Positions 46,793 to 59,401 of a DNA stretch of 64,000 nucleotides are shown here, piece after piece. This stretch comes from Eukaryota sp. GEM-RC1. Taxonomy: Eukaryota. Both the position numbers and the translations under genes were made by a program. The DNA is taken from contig JAUFOQ010000002.1 of the NCBI GenBank assembly GCA_040285855.1, positions 2,914,001 to 2,978,000 of the forward strand. The letters run 5' to 3'. The notes beneath the pieces are model-generated. The model made no database searches. It was not told the DNA's origin and worked only from the letters and a program-made list of their open reading frames with translations. How positions within the stretch are numbered: position 1 is the stretch's first letter; the number at the start of each line of letters is the position of its first letter.

Positions 46793-48655
46793 TTGATGAT
46801 TCGAAATCTCTCAATAGTCAAGAAGTTCAATCGCTAGCAGAAATGTTTATGCAGAATTCATCACTTCTTTTCTTCAGACTTCCGGGGAATTCTTTGTCTT
46901 ATACAGACATTGTCGAAATTCTTAAAGGTCTCGAGTGTAATTCAGGACTACAAAAGTTTGATCTTCCTTTTTGGAGTTTACTTTATCTAACTTTCTGGAC
47001 ATATTTCAAATATTGCATTTTTTCAGACAGACTATTAAGTTCGATTTTTCACCTCATATTATCGATTTCAGAAATGGTGTGCTTTGTTGTTCGTCTCTTT
47101 CTTTTCTTGAGATAACATCCATTGATGTCTCGAGTCTACAGTCGTTTTTGACTGGGTTTGATTGCCGGAAACTTGCTCTCAACGGGTGGAGGTTTTCTGA
47201 TGATTCGATTACAGCTCTGTGTGATCTACTGAGGGTCAATAGCTCTCTGACTTCTGTTGACTTCAGTGATTGTCGATTGTCTGATACCAGTATTTTATCA
47301 ATTGTGGACGCACTTCAATCAAATTTTACCTTAAAAATGGTTAATCTTAGTAATAATCACATTCAACTTACTGGTTTGCTGACGATTTTTGAGTTGATTT
47401 CCACTGGCAAACTGACCGCAAATATTCTATTATCTCCTCATTTTTTAAACGTTTCTACTGGATATATTTGTTTTAAGAAATCACTTACGAGTTCCGATAT
47501 GGTTTCTCTTTTACGCTCTTTGAAGTCAAATGTTGCTATAACTCGACTTGAATGTGGATCATTTGAAAAACTCAATCTAGCAGGACTTATGGATTTATTT
47601 GAAATTCTGTCCATCAACAAATCATTGCTAGATCTTGATATTTCTCCTCATTTAATTGACGTTGAAAATTGTGTTTTTGTTTTTCTCCAGAAAGATTTAC
47701 TGAAATAACTACTGAAGAAGTCTCATGTCTAAAATCATTTTTGGAGATTTTTTCCATTCATCATTTGGCTCTCCAAAAATGTTTTATTTCTACTGAATCA
47801 GTCACCAATTTATGTAATATAATCAAAGTCAATAATTCTTTAACTTTCCTTGACTTCAGCGACTGTAGATTATCTGATCACTGTCTGTTGAAACTAATTG
47901 ATTCCCTTCAATTCAATTCTTCCTTGAAATGGGTGAATCTAAGGAACACTCAGCTCAGCTTCACGGGAATATTAAAGATTCTTGAGCTTCTTTCCAATCA
48001 CAAACTCTCACCAAATCTCAACATTTCTGCTCATTTTATAAATATTGAAGCTGGAAATCTGTGTTTCTCTCCCAGTTCTATTCATCAAGTTGTTGCTCCA
48101 GAGCTTGTACTTCTTCAGAAGTACATGCATCCCTCGAAGATCACAGAGTTGAGTTTTAATAGATGCCTGTTTTCGTACGAATCAGTTGTAGCTTTGTGTG
48201 ATTTAATAGAGTCCAGCGATTCATTGACTTCTCTTGACTTGAGTGAGTGCTCTATAACTGATATCATTTTTCTAGACATCATCGCTGTTCTTCAAACCAA
48301 GTCCCATAACCTAGATTTATCCTTTGCATCTAACTCAATAACTAAGAAAGGTGTCAAAGCTTTGGCAGAAGTCTTGAGTGTAGGACTTTTTCTTACCAAA
48401 CTTAACTTAACCAAGAACAGCATAGAAGATTCAGGAGCCATTGCATTGGCAGAAGTGTTGAGAGATAATGCTACTATTCAAGAACTTAGTTTTAGGAAGT
48501 GTGGTATCGGAACAGAAGGTATATTAGCGTTGGGAGAATCGTTTAAAAGTAATTCATCACTTAAAATGATAGATTTACAAGACAATTCTATTGAGCCGAA
48601 AGTCAAATCATATATTGAAACGATTGTAGGTGAGCGTATAATCTGTCTCATGTAA
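46791..48655 (+). pseudogene. 5'-truncated duplicate of the LRR gene
   Basis: Paralogous to 44185-46051; lacks the promoter and N-terminus; two 1-nt deletions. Confidence 0.8.
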
Positions 48656-48927
48656 ACGTCATCAAGTTTAACGTGCTTAGGGAAGATATTTTGAATAAAT
48701 TATTAATTGAAAACTTTTAACCTAAATGGTTTAACATCTCTCGTAAATCGGTTTAATCCAGATCTGTCTCAACATTAATATCCACATGTCATTTTTTAAA
48801 TAAAAAGAAAGATTTTTGATGAAACATTTGATACAGTTATTGTCTGATCAACATCTCCGCAATTCTGCTATAAAAGTGTATTTGCAACAATAAGTTAATA
48901 CATACTAATTCACAAAATGAAAGAAGT

Positions 48928-49490
48928 TCAATTCTCCACATCAACACGAGAATTATCCCTCAACAACTTGGAATAAGTGGAACGTAAACACTTGGGAATG
49001 TTTCTATAAAGAGCAAAGATAAATTCGATTAATCCACACAGAAGCAGTAAAAACCTGACCATTAGAACGACATACAAGACTAAAATCAATTAAAAACCTG
49101 CTGGACCAATATTACCAAAAAATGAAATTGCAAATGGACCAAATGAACACTTAGAAATTGTAATTCATTTGGTGAATGAGAGCCCTACTTAAAACATAAA
49201 CTTTGCTTAAGCTTCTTCAAAACATCTGCACAAGTAGAACACTTTCGCTGTTCAGCCTTTTCAATATGACCATTTGATTCATTCAAAATGGAGTCTTTGT
49301 AGACTTTTGCAAAGGGGTAATCTGTAGTAAAATCAACCACAACTTGAGATGAATCCAGGAAAGGAGCAATTAGATCACCACGCTGAGAATCAAACACGTT
49401 ACTGTCACTATAATGTCTCAAAAGAGGTTCAATATTACAACTATAATTATAGGATTTGAACATTTTATAAGTAACATAACGAACAGCTGT
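48928..49490 (-). mobile_element. RLE retrotransposon remnant (longer copy)
   Basis: AVRYVTYKMFKSY...IEPLL...QRGDLIAP...VVVDFTT...AEQRK...PFAISFFG. Confidence 0.78.
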
Positions 49491-50139
49491 TAGCCAAATG
49501 TATTAGTATGGTTACATAGTAAGATATTTCTCTTTATAAACACCTTTTACCTTCCCCTTTCACCTATTCCGCATCACATGTACTAGTATTTGAATATCAA
49601 TCAATCGGAACAGAGAAAGATGAAACTGAATCCAAAATAGATTCAATTTTTGATTGACCTTAGCAAAGTCGTTAGAGTACAAATACTTACGCTCTCTGAT
49701 GGTTCTAGTAGTAGTTAAATTCAATTCAGCTTATTTTGAAATGTTAACCACACACAACGAGAGAGACAACAATGACTTTAACGGAATACATTACAAATGA
49801 GAACAGAACAGCGGTTCCAATTATTCGAAACTAATGTATCTACAGAAAATATCAGGAAGAGATATCTTCTGACCAACTATTGTGTAGTCCTCTGGAATCT
49901 TGTTGAAATTGCTTCATGAAAAAATTCTCTCTTCATTGTCTTTGTCACAAATGATATCGACGATACGAGCTCCAACGCCGGCTTTTCTAGCCGAAACAAC
50001 GACAGGAAATGATGGCATAGCTGCTTACAGGAGATCGAATTTGGCTGAAGGCAAACGTGTTCTCATAACGTCTTCTATATGCTACGCGTCTCGCCACTCC
50101 CGTAAGGGGGGGTAGCGGGTCTTCAGAAGTTCATGTCCT

Positions 50140-50614
50140 CGAAGATATAGGTTTCGCACCCGCAGAAGAGCATCCGTTCCCCGCTAATCTCCCATGTTCT
50201 CCAGTCTCCACACAAATCATCGAAGAAATCTTTGCCCAGGAAGTTGACAACGGTCTCCTCCAATTCTCCCTCATATCCACAACATCAGACAACAAAATCG
50301 AAGGTATATTCCAGTGCTTTATCTCCCGCTCCATGGAGTTTTGGATAACGCCGCTTTCCGATGTTTACAACATCGATTGTCTTCTTACCATCATGGATAT
50401 CGCTGAAGAACTCAAATGTGAGACCTTCAACATTGCTATTACCCGTACCCTGGCCAAGGTTAAGAAATTCACTACCTCGCTCGAAGCTCTCGGTTTTTAC
50501 CAAACTACAAGTATAGCTTCTTTTACTATATACTGTACTGAGCTTGGTTGTGAAAGTGATTATTTCTCCTCCGATGACGAAGATGATGAGTGTGTTTCTG
50601 AATATTCCTGTTAA
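50140..50614 (+). CDS. Hypothetical protein (start uncertain, possible frameshift near 50180)
   Basis: Open, coding-like frame from about 50183 to 50614 with an acidic C-terminus. Confidence 0.35.
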
Positions 50615-50686
50615 TTGACTCTTTTGGTGCTTTCCTATATTGTAGATGTAATAAATCTGTTAAATAAGTTGTTTTACTGACTACTA

Positions 50687-51760
50687 TCACTTCTTGTTTC
50701 GATTACGATTAACTTTAGCTGATGGACGTTGCTTGCCCATCTGCCTCTTCAATAGATTTCTAACATAATCTTCTTTCGGAATTCTAGTCACTTCTGGTTC
50801 TTCAGCATTCTCTTCAACAGGTTCATCTTCCTCAATCTCAATTTCTTCCTGAACGTGGATATGCTGATCTCTATCAACTTTTTCCTTCTCCTCATCAAAC
50901 GAGGGTAAAGTCTCTGGAGCATAGCCGAACTTGTTCTGGAAAAAGTTCAAACAACATTCTAAATCACGTTCAAATTGAGACTTTGCGTCATTATGATCTA
51001 TTGAAATCATTTGGGGAAAGTCAATAATTGTTACATTCCCCTTCTTATTCAAAATCAAATTAAATTCATTAAAATCACCATGAACAAGACCAACATGAAG
51101 CAGCGCAACCATGTTATCCACGATTTGTCGAAACACGAATTCAACACCAGGAGGTTCATTAATATTAGAAACAGATGTCAGTGGAAAACCATGAATTCTT
51201 TCCATGACAACAACATGTCTATTGTATCCCAACAACTTTGGTACTGGAAAACCACGAGAATGGAGCTCATTCATAAAGGACGACTCCCTGTGAGCAGCCA
51301 ATCGAGCCATGTAAAGCCAACTAGCAGAGCGTCGATGTTGTAAATAATCACGTTTGTTCTTGACAGCCCTGAAAGATGTACGGCCCAGACGATGGAGCTT
51401 TACTACAACCTCAGTTCCTTCATCGTTAGCAGCACAATATATGTCTGCTTCTTTGCCTACACCAAACTTGTGACCAAAGCTTGAGATTACACCTCGCTTG
51501 ACAAGCGTATTTAAGGCTAGCATATCATACCCTGAATAGAGTAGAGTGTATCCATCATAAGGTTGACCTTCATGATGAACTAGCTTATTTTTGTGAACAT
51601 TTTTCAAAGAGAGAGTTGTTTCACCACGGGAAAGTCCAGATATGCGTTCCACAAGCTCCACTGGCACCAAATCGTGATTCTTCATTCCCATTTCTACGGC
51701 AGTAAGTATTCTGATATCGTTATGAGTCAAGTATCGTAGTAGTGAAGCATCAAGTTTCAT
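50687..51760 (-). CDS. RIO2: RIO2 atypical kinase (40S biogenesis)
   Basis: MKLDASLLRYL...AVEMGMKNHDLVP, GVGKEADIY, HRLGRTSFR, HGDFNEFN and IDFPQM. Confidence 0.96.
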   Translation of the reverse strand: MKLDASLLRYLTHNDIRILTAVEMGMKNHDLVPVELVERISGLSRGETTLSLKNVHKNKLVHHEGQPYDGYTLLYSGYDMLALNTLVKRGVISSFGHKFGVGKEADIYCAANDEGTEVVVKLHRLGRTSFRAVKNKRDYLQHRRSASWLYMARLAAHRESSFMNELHSRGFPVPKLLGYNRHVVVMERIHGFPLTSVSNINEPPGVEFVFRQIVDNMVALLHVGLVHGDFNEFNLILNKKGNVTIIDFPQMISIDHNDAKSQFERDLECCLNFFQNKFGYAPETLPSFDEEKEKVDRDQHIHVQEEIEIEEDEPVEENAEEPEVTRIPKEDYVRNLLKRQMGKQRPSAKVNRNRNKK

Positions 51761-51859
51761 AAAGGGTTAAGTAGAAGTAAGTGAACAGAAGAAGACTCAA
51801 TCTTCTCAGTTTCAGGAATTTTTCCCTCTTTGTCTTGACACCAACTTATTCCCTTGGCA

Positions 51860-53681
51860 ATGAGCAGCCACAACAACCGAAAACGGCATCATTCCTCTCG
51901 TTCTCAAAATAATAAACCGAACCAAAACCAACACAATCCACCCAGAAAACATCCCAACACTGGAGGTCCTAGATCCAATAGCAATCCTAAAAGAAACAAC
52001 TATGGTCAAGCCAATAAGCCACGATATCCTCACGACCGTCCTCCCTATCAAGCTCCTCCTCCCAACTATCCTCCTCATCAAAATCCCCCTCCATATCCAC
52101 AACACCAAATGGCTCCATACCCTGGAGTATTTCCTCCTCAGTTCCAGAACATGTCTTTTCCTCCCTACCCAGGAGTAGTCATGCCCTACTATCAACGTCC
52201 AATGTTCTCTCGTCCCACTCCTGCTTGGCCAACTGCTCCTCCTCCTCAGAGTCCTCGTCCTGAGTCTTCTCCCCAGGAATCTCCACATATAGCCCCTGTA
52301 CAAGAAGCTCCTAGAGTTGGTTGGGGTCAAGGAATTGCCAAGAAAGCTCTTAAAGCTGAGTCACAGGACACACCTCCACGTCAGCAAGAGCCACGTCAGG
52401 AAGATCGTCTTCCAGATCCTGTAAACACAATTCCCTTTGACCAACCCTCTCTTCCTCCCCAGTCTTTAATGCTAATGATAATTGAAGACGTTGATACCAA
52501 GATCCTATCGCGTGAGAATCAAATCAATCGTTTTGCTGATTTGAAGGACTTGAATTACGTACCTGATACTAGTCTGTTGCCTTCCAGTATAAGTGTAATC
52601 AATCCAAATCCTTTGATTAATGCTGTCACGTCACATTCTATGGTTAAGGGTTTAATTGCACGTAAATATCACTTCCACCCGATGAAAAGGCAATCAAATC
52701 ACGTGACAACCCTCACTAGACCTCCTTTTCCACGTAATAGAAACACAAGTGGAGGAATTCTTGAAGCTACTGGAGTTGATCCAGCATTTGAGATGTTTTT
52801 AGGTTCAATTTGTAAAGAAGCAAAACAAAACCATGTTAGTGTTGAACTTGCTTTGAAGAGCTCCATCCTCCAACGCAAATGCTTGTCCCACAGAGTCCGC
52901 CGTCACAGAAGAGAAGTATACAGAGCCAATCACAGTTATTGGTGGCGTGATCTTTCATCAAGAGGGGAAGTTCTTTTCACTCCCTTACCAGAGTTCCCTG
53001 AGAAGGATCCATGGGCTTTGAAGATAATGAATGAGGAAGGTAAGAAACATCATCACTCACATTTGAATGGAGGTTCCATTACGGGAAGGGAGGACAAAGA
53101 ACAGCTCACAGCAGTCGTTGATGGAGAATGATATGGATTGGTGTCCGCCGCCTAAAGAAGCATCGTATTGTCCGATTCAGCGTGCTGAGTTGTTCAAGAT
53201 TCGTGCCACGTGTCCGGAGATGCGGCTGGAACCTTATTTGGATCGGTATAATTCATCGTATATTCCACATGGTGATTATTTGAAATTTTCCAAGACAGTC
53301 AAAGAACCAGAGTATCATAATGACAATGGGTTGATATTGGATCCCCTTGCTGATTACTTTGAAGGCAAAAGATCACGAAATTGGTCTGATGAAGATGTGT
53401 TAATGTTTCTTGAAGCTTGGAGGCAGAGTCCAAAAGATTTTGATAGAATTTCTAAGGCGTTACCTGGAAAATCTTCTTTTGATGTTGTTGAGTTCTACTA
53501 TTTAAATAAGTTCAAATTTAAACTGTCACGAAAGCATCGTGATAGACGGATTTCTTCAGTAGATATCAATGGTTCGGGTACGATTCACTTTAAGAGTGAT
53601 GCTTCTGATCAATCTTCTAAAGTTGAAAGTTTCATGAAACTTGAAGGATTTGATCGGAATTTTGAACAATTAGCTATATGA
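51860..53681 (+). CDS. Pro-rich N-terminus plus SANT domain protein (NCoR/Snt1-like); frameshift near 53085
   Basis: WSDEDVLMFLEAWRQSPKDFDRISKALPGKSSFDVVEFYYLNK SANT motif; DNGLILDP. Confidence 0.75.
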
Positions 53682-54114
53682 CATGGGTCTCGGTAATAAT
53701 TTATGTATTTATTTATTATTGTTTTTACTTGAAGATCTTTTGTTTTTCGTAATGTTTTTTAACATTTTTACGGTCGATATTTGTTCTTCAATAAATGTAT
53801 TCTTTTCCAGTACAAGATGTTGGTCAATATTCTTCTAAAGGAGCATCATTTAACAAGACAAAACTTAAATGTTTTTGGAAGTAGAAGAAACATGTTTTAT
53901 AGAAGAATGGACCTTTGGAAAACAAACAATGACAGTAAATGGGCGAACACGGTCAAGAAGTATGAGTTACTCCCCCGTTAGCTCCAAACAACAGAAGGAG
54001 GTACTGTCTATAATGGGTGGCAGCTGTGGTCGTTCCCGAAAACGAAAACCAGCATCTATATAACACACTAATTCTTAAACACTAGAGGAAGAGACATGGA
54101 GCACTCGTAAACTA

Positions 54115-54405
54115 CTAGTAGAGAGAATTAGGATACTTTGAACAGGGCTTTGACAACTCGTGACGAATGACGTTGAGAGCTTCTTCCTTATAAGGGTACT
54201 GGACAACTCTCAGCGTAGAGACGTAGTCAAGGAGCTTGATGTACTCCTTGGGATTCGTCCAGGCCAGTTCCCGAACCGCAGCCGCCTGAGTATGTATAGT
54301 TGAAAGATCCGGACGCGATTGTTGTCTGAAATACGTCCACAGTTTATCTATTTCGGAATTTAAGGGACCTGATGGTTGTAGAAAACGGTGAAGAAGCTGT
54401 TTCAT
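54115..54405 (-). CDS. Hypothetical 96-aa protein
   Basis: ATG ORF with higher GC than the surrounding DNA. Confidence 0.4.
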   Translation of the reverse strand: MKQLLHRFLQPSGPLNSEIDKLWTYFRQQSRPDLSTIHTQAAAVRELAWTNPKEYIKLLDYVSTLRVVQYPYKEEALNVIRHELSKPCSKYPNSLY

Positions 54406-55881
54406 TGGAGACTAATGTTGTCCATGTGAAAAGCAGAAGAACGGGTAGGTGGAAAAACCCGCGTTACATCGCGTGGCTTAAGGATCATAATGCATGAGCC
54501 TATTTGGAAAGAATTCAGTTGCGGGATCTGCACTTCTAGTTACAACCTGATCGTTCCAGTGTATCTCTACTAGTAATTCTTATTTCTGGCAGTACTCATA
54601 CTCTAGATTATTCTCAATGCCATGGTTTTCTACACCCTCTATTCAATGATTTCTGTCACTTCAACTACACCTGAAGAGATTGCATAGTTCTTTGTTTCTT
54701 AGTTTCACTTCATGTTTTATAGAAATTGATCTTCTTGACAGAAAACACCCAACTGTTGATGCATCATATTAAGTCTCGTACTAGTGTCGTTTCTACTGAT
54801 TTTAAAACAATTTCTCCATCATCTCCAAAGCTTTACTAGCTGCGAGTGCCTTTTATGAGGACAACGTTGTTGTAATATTTGATAGTGAATTGTGTTATTT
54901 TGATGTCATTAAATTTTTTTATTTTATTACAAATTTAAATACTGCATGGGAAAAACATGTACTGTTGTATGTTTATATTAGGGCATTTATGCAGATGTTC
55001 TCTCTGACACAAATTAATTACAAATATCCTCAGTACAGTAGTAAAGTCATGCAATCTCACACGTCGAATAAGCACAACCTTTTGTCGGTTAAAATCTGAA
55101 ATATTTTGACCAATTAAAAGGAGATGGTTTAATGATGATTACAGTGAACTATGTATTCAGCAAAAGTAATAACTAATAAACACTAACAAAAGTGTCTGAT
55201 ATATGATCGTTCTGTCCTTCAGAACGCAACATACCTAAAATCGAATTACAAAATTTATACATAGAATGAAACAGCGGGAAAGTTTATTTTCTCAACCAAA
55301 AAGATTCATTAAAGACTTTACCTTCCGCAATGCCCAAAGAAGTTCAAGAATCTTATGCAGCTGGTCCAACATTGCTATACAGTTGACATCGCAAACGGTT
55401 CAAAAGAATTGTACCTGTCATCATTCAATTGGTTAATTTAATAACAATAATGTACAGTGTATTTTTTCCTCTTTCAGCTACTCCAAGGACAGAAAAGGCG
55501 TCACATATTTTTTTTGAAAAACGGACCTTGAATTTCAATGATCAACAATTGAAATGCATGATAGATCCTTGACATGATAACCAAGGACCAATCAAATCAC
55601 TGCAGCTTCTGTAAACTTTTGGCTGATCAGAAAGCTTAGCAAGTACAACAGTAATTCGGGGGAATTGTTGGTATCTATTTCGTGAGCTGTCCTTCTTTTG
55701 ACAACAGAGAAATAAACAACAATTTGGCAAATCAACAAATTTTAGAATTCTAAATGTACAGACACAGTTTTTTGATCCTGAAATCAAACAGAAATCAATA
55801 ACTCTAATTTGGAAGACATACTAGTAATTTGTTTGAAGAAACAGAAAAATTTCATCAAAGAATTTCCCTCAACACACTCCA

Positions 55882-56415
<534 letters not shown>

Positions 56416-58359
56416 TCTTGTACCATTGTAATAAAAAATCATAATCTAATACACCATGTGGCCTTTTTGGATGAACCAACTGTAGATTGAGGGCAATTCA
56501 ATCTCTTGTGAGATTAGTACTGCAGGTTTTTTCAGTAACTTTAATTTTGATGTCAAAGAGAAAAGCAAAACACATTTGTTGATACAAAATGAAGGATGCA
56601 AGCAATGTTCTAATACAAGTACTGTATAGAAGACTGTATGATTGTAATGTTTAACTTGGTAAACCCACATAGTTGTTTACAAAACTGTGTTTCGATATAA
56701 ATTCATAGTGAGACATTTTGGAATTTGTCATAGAAATTTCAGATATTAGTTCAACGAAAAACCTTAACAAGAACAATTTTAAAAAAGATTGCAACACCTG
56801 ACGGACCAGTCTGTACAATTGTGTAACACAAGAGTTTTAGGAAACAATGATAAGATGAAGTTTCTCAATTTTTGTGGCAATTATAAGTGTCATAATTCAT
56901 AAGAGATTAATGAAGACTTTGCTTGATCACGAAATTGATGACTGGTTCATTTGTTAGTTAGATTTACATAGATGTCCATGATTGATTAGTCTAACAGCCC
57001 AAAAGTCAAAAATCGATGAAGAGTTGGAACACGACAACCGTGAAGGTCAATCACATCTGAAATCTTTGGATTCAACAAACATAGTGTTAACACTGGAATT
57101 GCGAAATAACAAATTGTAATTATAGTATCTATACGTATTCTATTATTGTATTTTGTAATGAATTTATTGTCTTGTCCGTATACTAGTATCTTACAACTAT
57201 GCAATTGATTTCTTCAAATTTTTATTAGGCCGTAAACTGTAATTTGAATGTTAGTTGACAAGGCATCCATTGTCCATTGTTAGTTTAAAAAAACTCCTTC
57301 CTAGAAGAAAACTGTAACAGTAATGAGCAGTAAACATCGTGTTGTCTGTACATGAACGCTAAGGCTTTTAAAATGTTAAGATAAGATTATCTCAATCGGA
57401 ACTCGGGTCAGGTTACTAGTAGGTCTCGGGTCAGGTCAAGATACCTCCGATTAGTCTTTTCTGCTCACTGTCTGATGTTTAGTTCAAGCTCATCAAGAAG
57501 TGATATTACGGATCTTTTAATATGTGTATGTATTAATAAGTATCAAAATGTTATACACTACTAGTAGCTAAATATTCTGGGATGTATGTATTATACAATC
57601 TCCCAGTGGTGAGAATGACACGCTTTACAAGTTTACGATGCTCTAGCTCTTGTCTGTCTGAATGCATGGTTAGAATGGTTTTGAATTGATAGATTTGAGA
57701 AGTAATTATTTTACTACCAGTATTTTTGAGTTCAAACATAACAAACAACTTCACAGCAACTAGTTCAGCTATAAAACACAACAGTAACAGTTCATACATA
57801 GGGTCAAAGGTCAGGTCAAGACAACAAAGATCAAGTCGAGATAGTGTCAAGACTTTGACCTGGCTTGTGACCTGGTATCATTTAACAGCCTTACTGTACA
57901 CACTAATACTACTAGTTTTAAGTATCGGTTAAAACTAATATTTCATTTTAATATTTCATTTCCATTACACAATTCCGAATTTCAAGATAATCCACTTCTA
58001 CCTTATATTGATGTCCTAATCCAATGGAATGGTTCTAAATATAGAAAAAATACTTAAACATTTCTTTAGACAGAACATATTACTTCAGTCGTACATTTTT
58101 TTAAAAATTGCAGATCTACATCACACAGAGGCCGTAAGCATTGTTAGCGATAACAATGAAGAGGATTGGCAGAACCATGACCAGTTATGCTTGGAATGAA
58201 GTAGTATTTTATTTTTAAAAATTAATTTTGATAAGTGTTTTCTTGTTGTTAAGTCTTCGAATGTTTCTAATCTTGGTTTTTGTAATATTCCTATCATCGA
58301 TTATTCTACTCAATGTTTTCGTTTTCTTGGCACATTTTTGGGAAATTATGAGAAAATCA

Positions 58360-59025
58360 TTCAGAATTCGAGGGTTCATTGACTCCCATTGAAGAAACAC
58401 TAAATCAAATATTATCTTTAGTTCTTTTGCTATGCTTCAGGTCTGTTTTGCCGGGAAAATTAATCAATTTTTACGTTCATTAGACTATTCCTTTACTGAA
58501 ACATTTGCCAAGAAATTTAATTCTATTAGAACAAACTTTCTCTCTAACTTGGCTGAAATTGATGAGACTAAGATTCCATTTCATGCTTTTTATTCATCTG
58601 AATTCGGAATTCGTAGGGGTAGGTTTCACCCATGCAAAAATCATTAGAAAATCTGCTCTTTTAGGAGGTGTTAAGAATTTTATGTTTGAATTTTTGAAAC
58701 GGTTTCCCTTGGATGGAATCAATCTGTTGAATTCCAGTAATTGCAGTTGGATTCAATCTGCTAAAGATTTGGTATCATCTTTGTCTCCTGAAATGTGGGA
58801 ATCTTTGTTCCCTGCTCATTTGAAGGAGACTCCTTTAAAAAATATTTAATCTCTACCATCTGCTGTATGTAAGCTGCAAAATAAATTGACAAAGGAGTTT
58901 GAACTCTTGGACTTTAATAATCTTATTAGCTTGGCTAAAACTAATAGTCCCGAGTTCGATGCTTTTATAAGGGACCTTTGTAATAGTGGACCTTCTGGAT
59001 TAATTTCTCAAATTCCTAAGGTGTA
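58360..59025 (+). mobile_element. Non-LTR retrotransposon remnant (region between RT and RLE)
   Basis: LLLCF...KINQFLRSL...AFYSSEFG/GVGFT...SALLGG...KLQNKLT, typical of the post-RT GGLG region of CRE/R2-type elements; contains stops and shifts. Confidence 0.55.
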
Positions 59026-59401
59026 AGCTGGCTCAAAACCCAATTCCAATCACCATTCATTCAAGATCAATCATTCAAAGTAGTTCACACGATCAACTGT
59101 AAGACATTTTACGATGTGATATGAATTTCAAGAAGAACCACAAAAACAATTGACTTTTCAAAATGGCCATTCAACTTAGTGTACTCGATCAAAAAATCAA
59201 AACATGTCTAAAGCAATTAAATCATTACACGTTTTATTCACAATCAAATAGAATCAAAACAGAAGGGATCAATACTTCCCACAAATAAAGCAAGTATTAA
59301 TTAAACAAGACAAGTTACACCAAAAAATGGCGAAAACCAAGATCCCTTTAATTAACAGAAAATCAACTAATTTTTACAAGTAATTGTTTCTTGAAAACGA
59401 T

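Larger units (their letters stand above)
44185..49396 (+). repeat. Tandem segmental duplication, unit about 2.6 kb (44185-46790 and 46791-49396)
   Basis: The sequence from cattgatgattcgaaatc through the LRR stop, 3' region and RLE remnant occurs twice; junction microhomology is CA. Confidence 0.92.

Noticed and set aside
55310..55400. Kinase C-lobe relic (LPQCPKKFKNLMQ..HCY)
   Set aside because: Too short, with no other kinase subdomains nearby.
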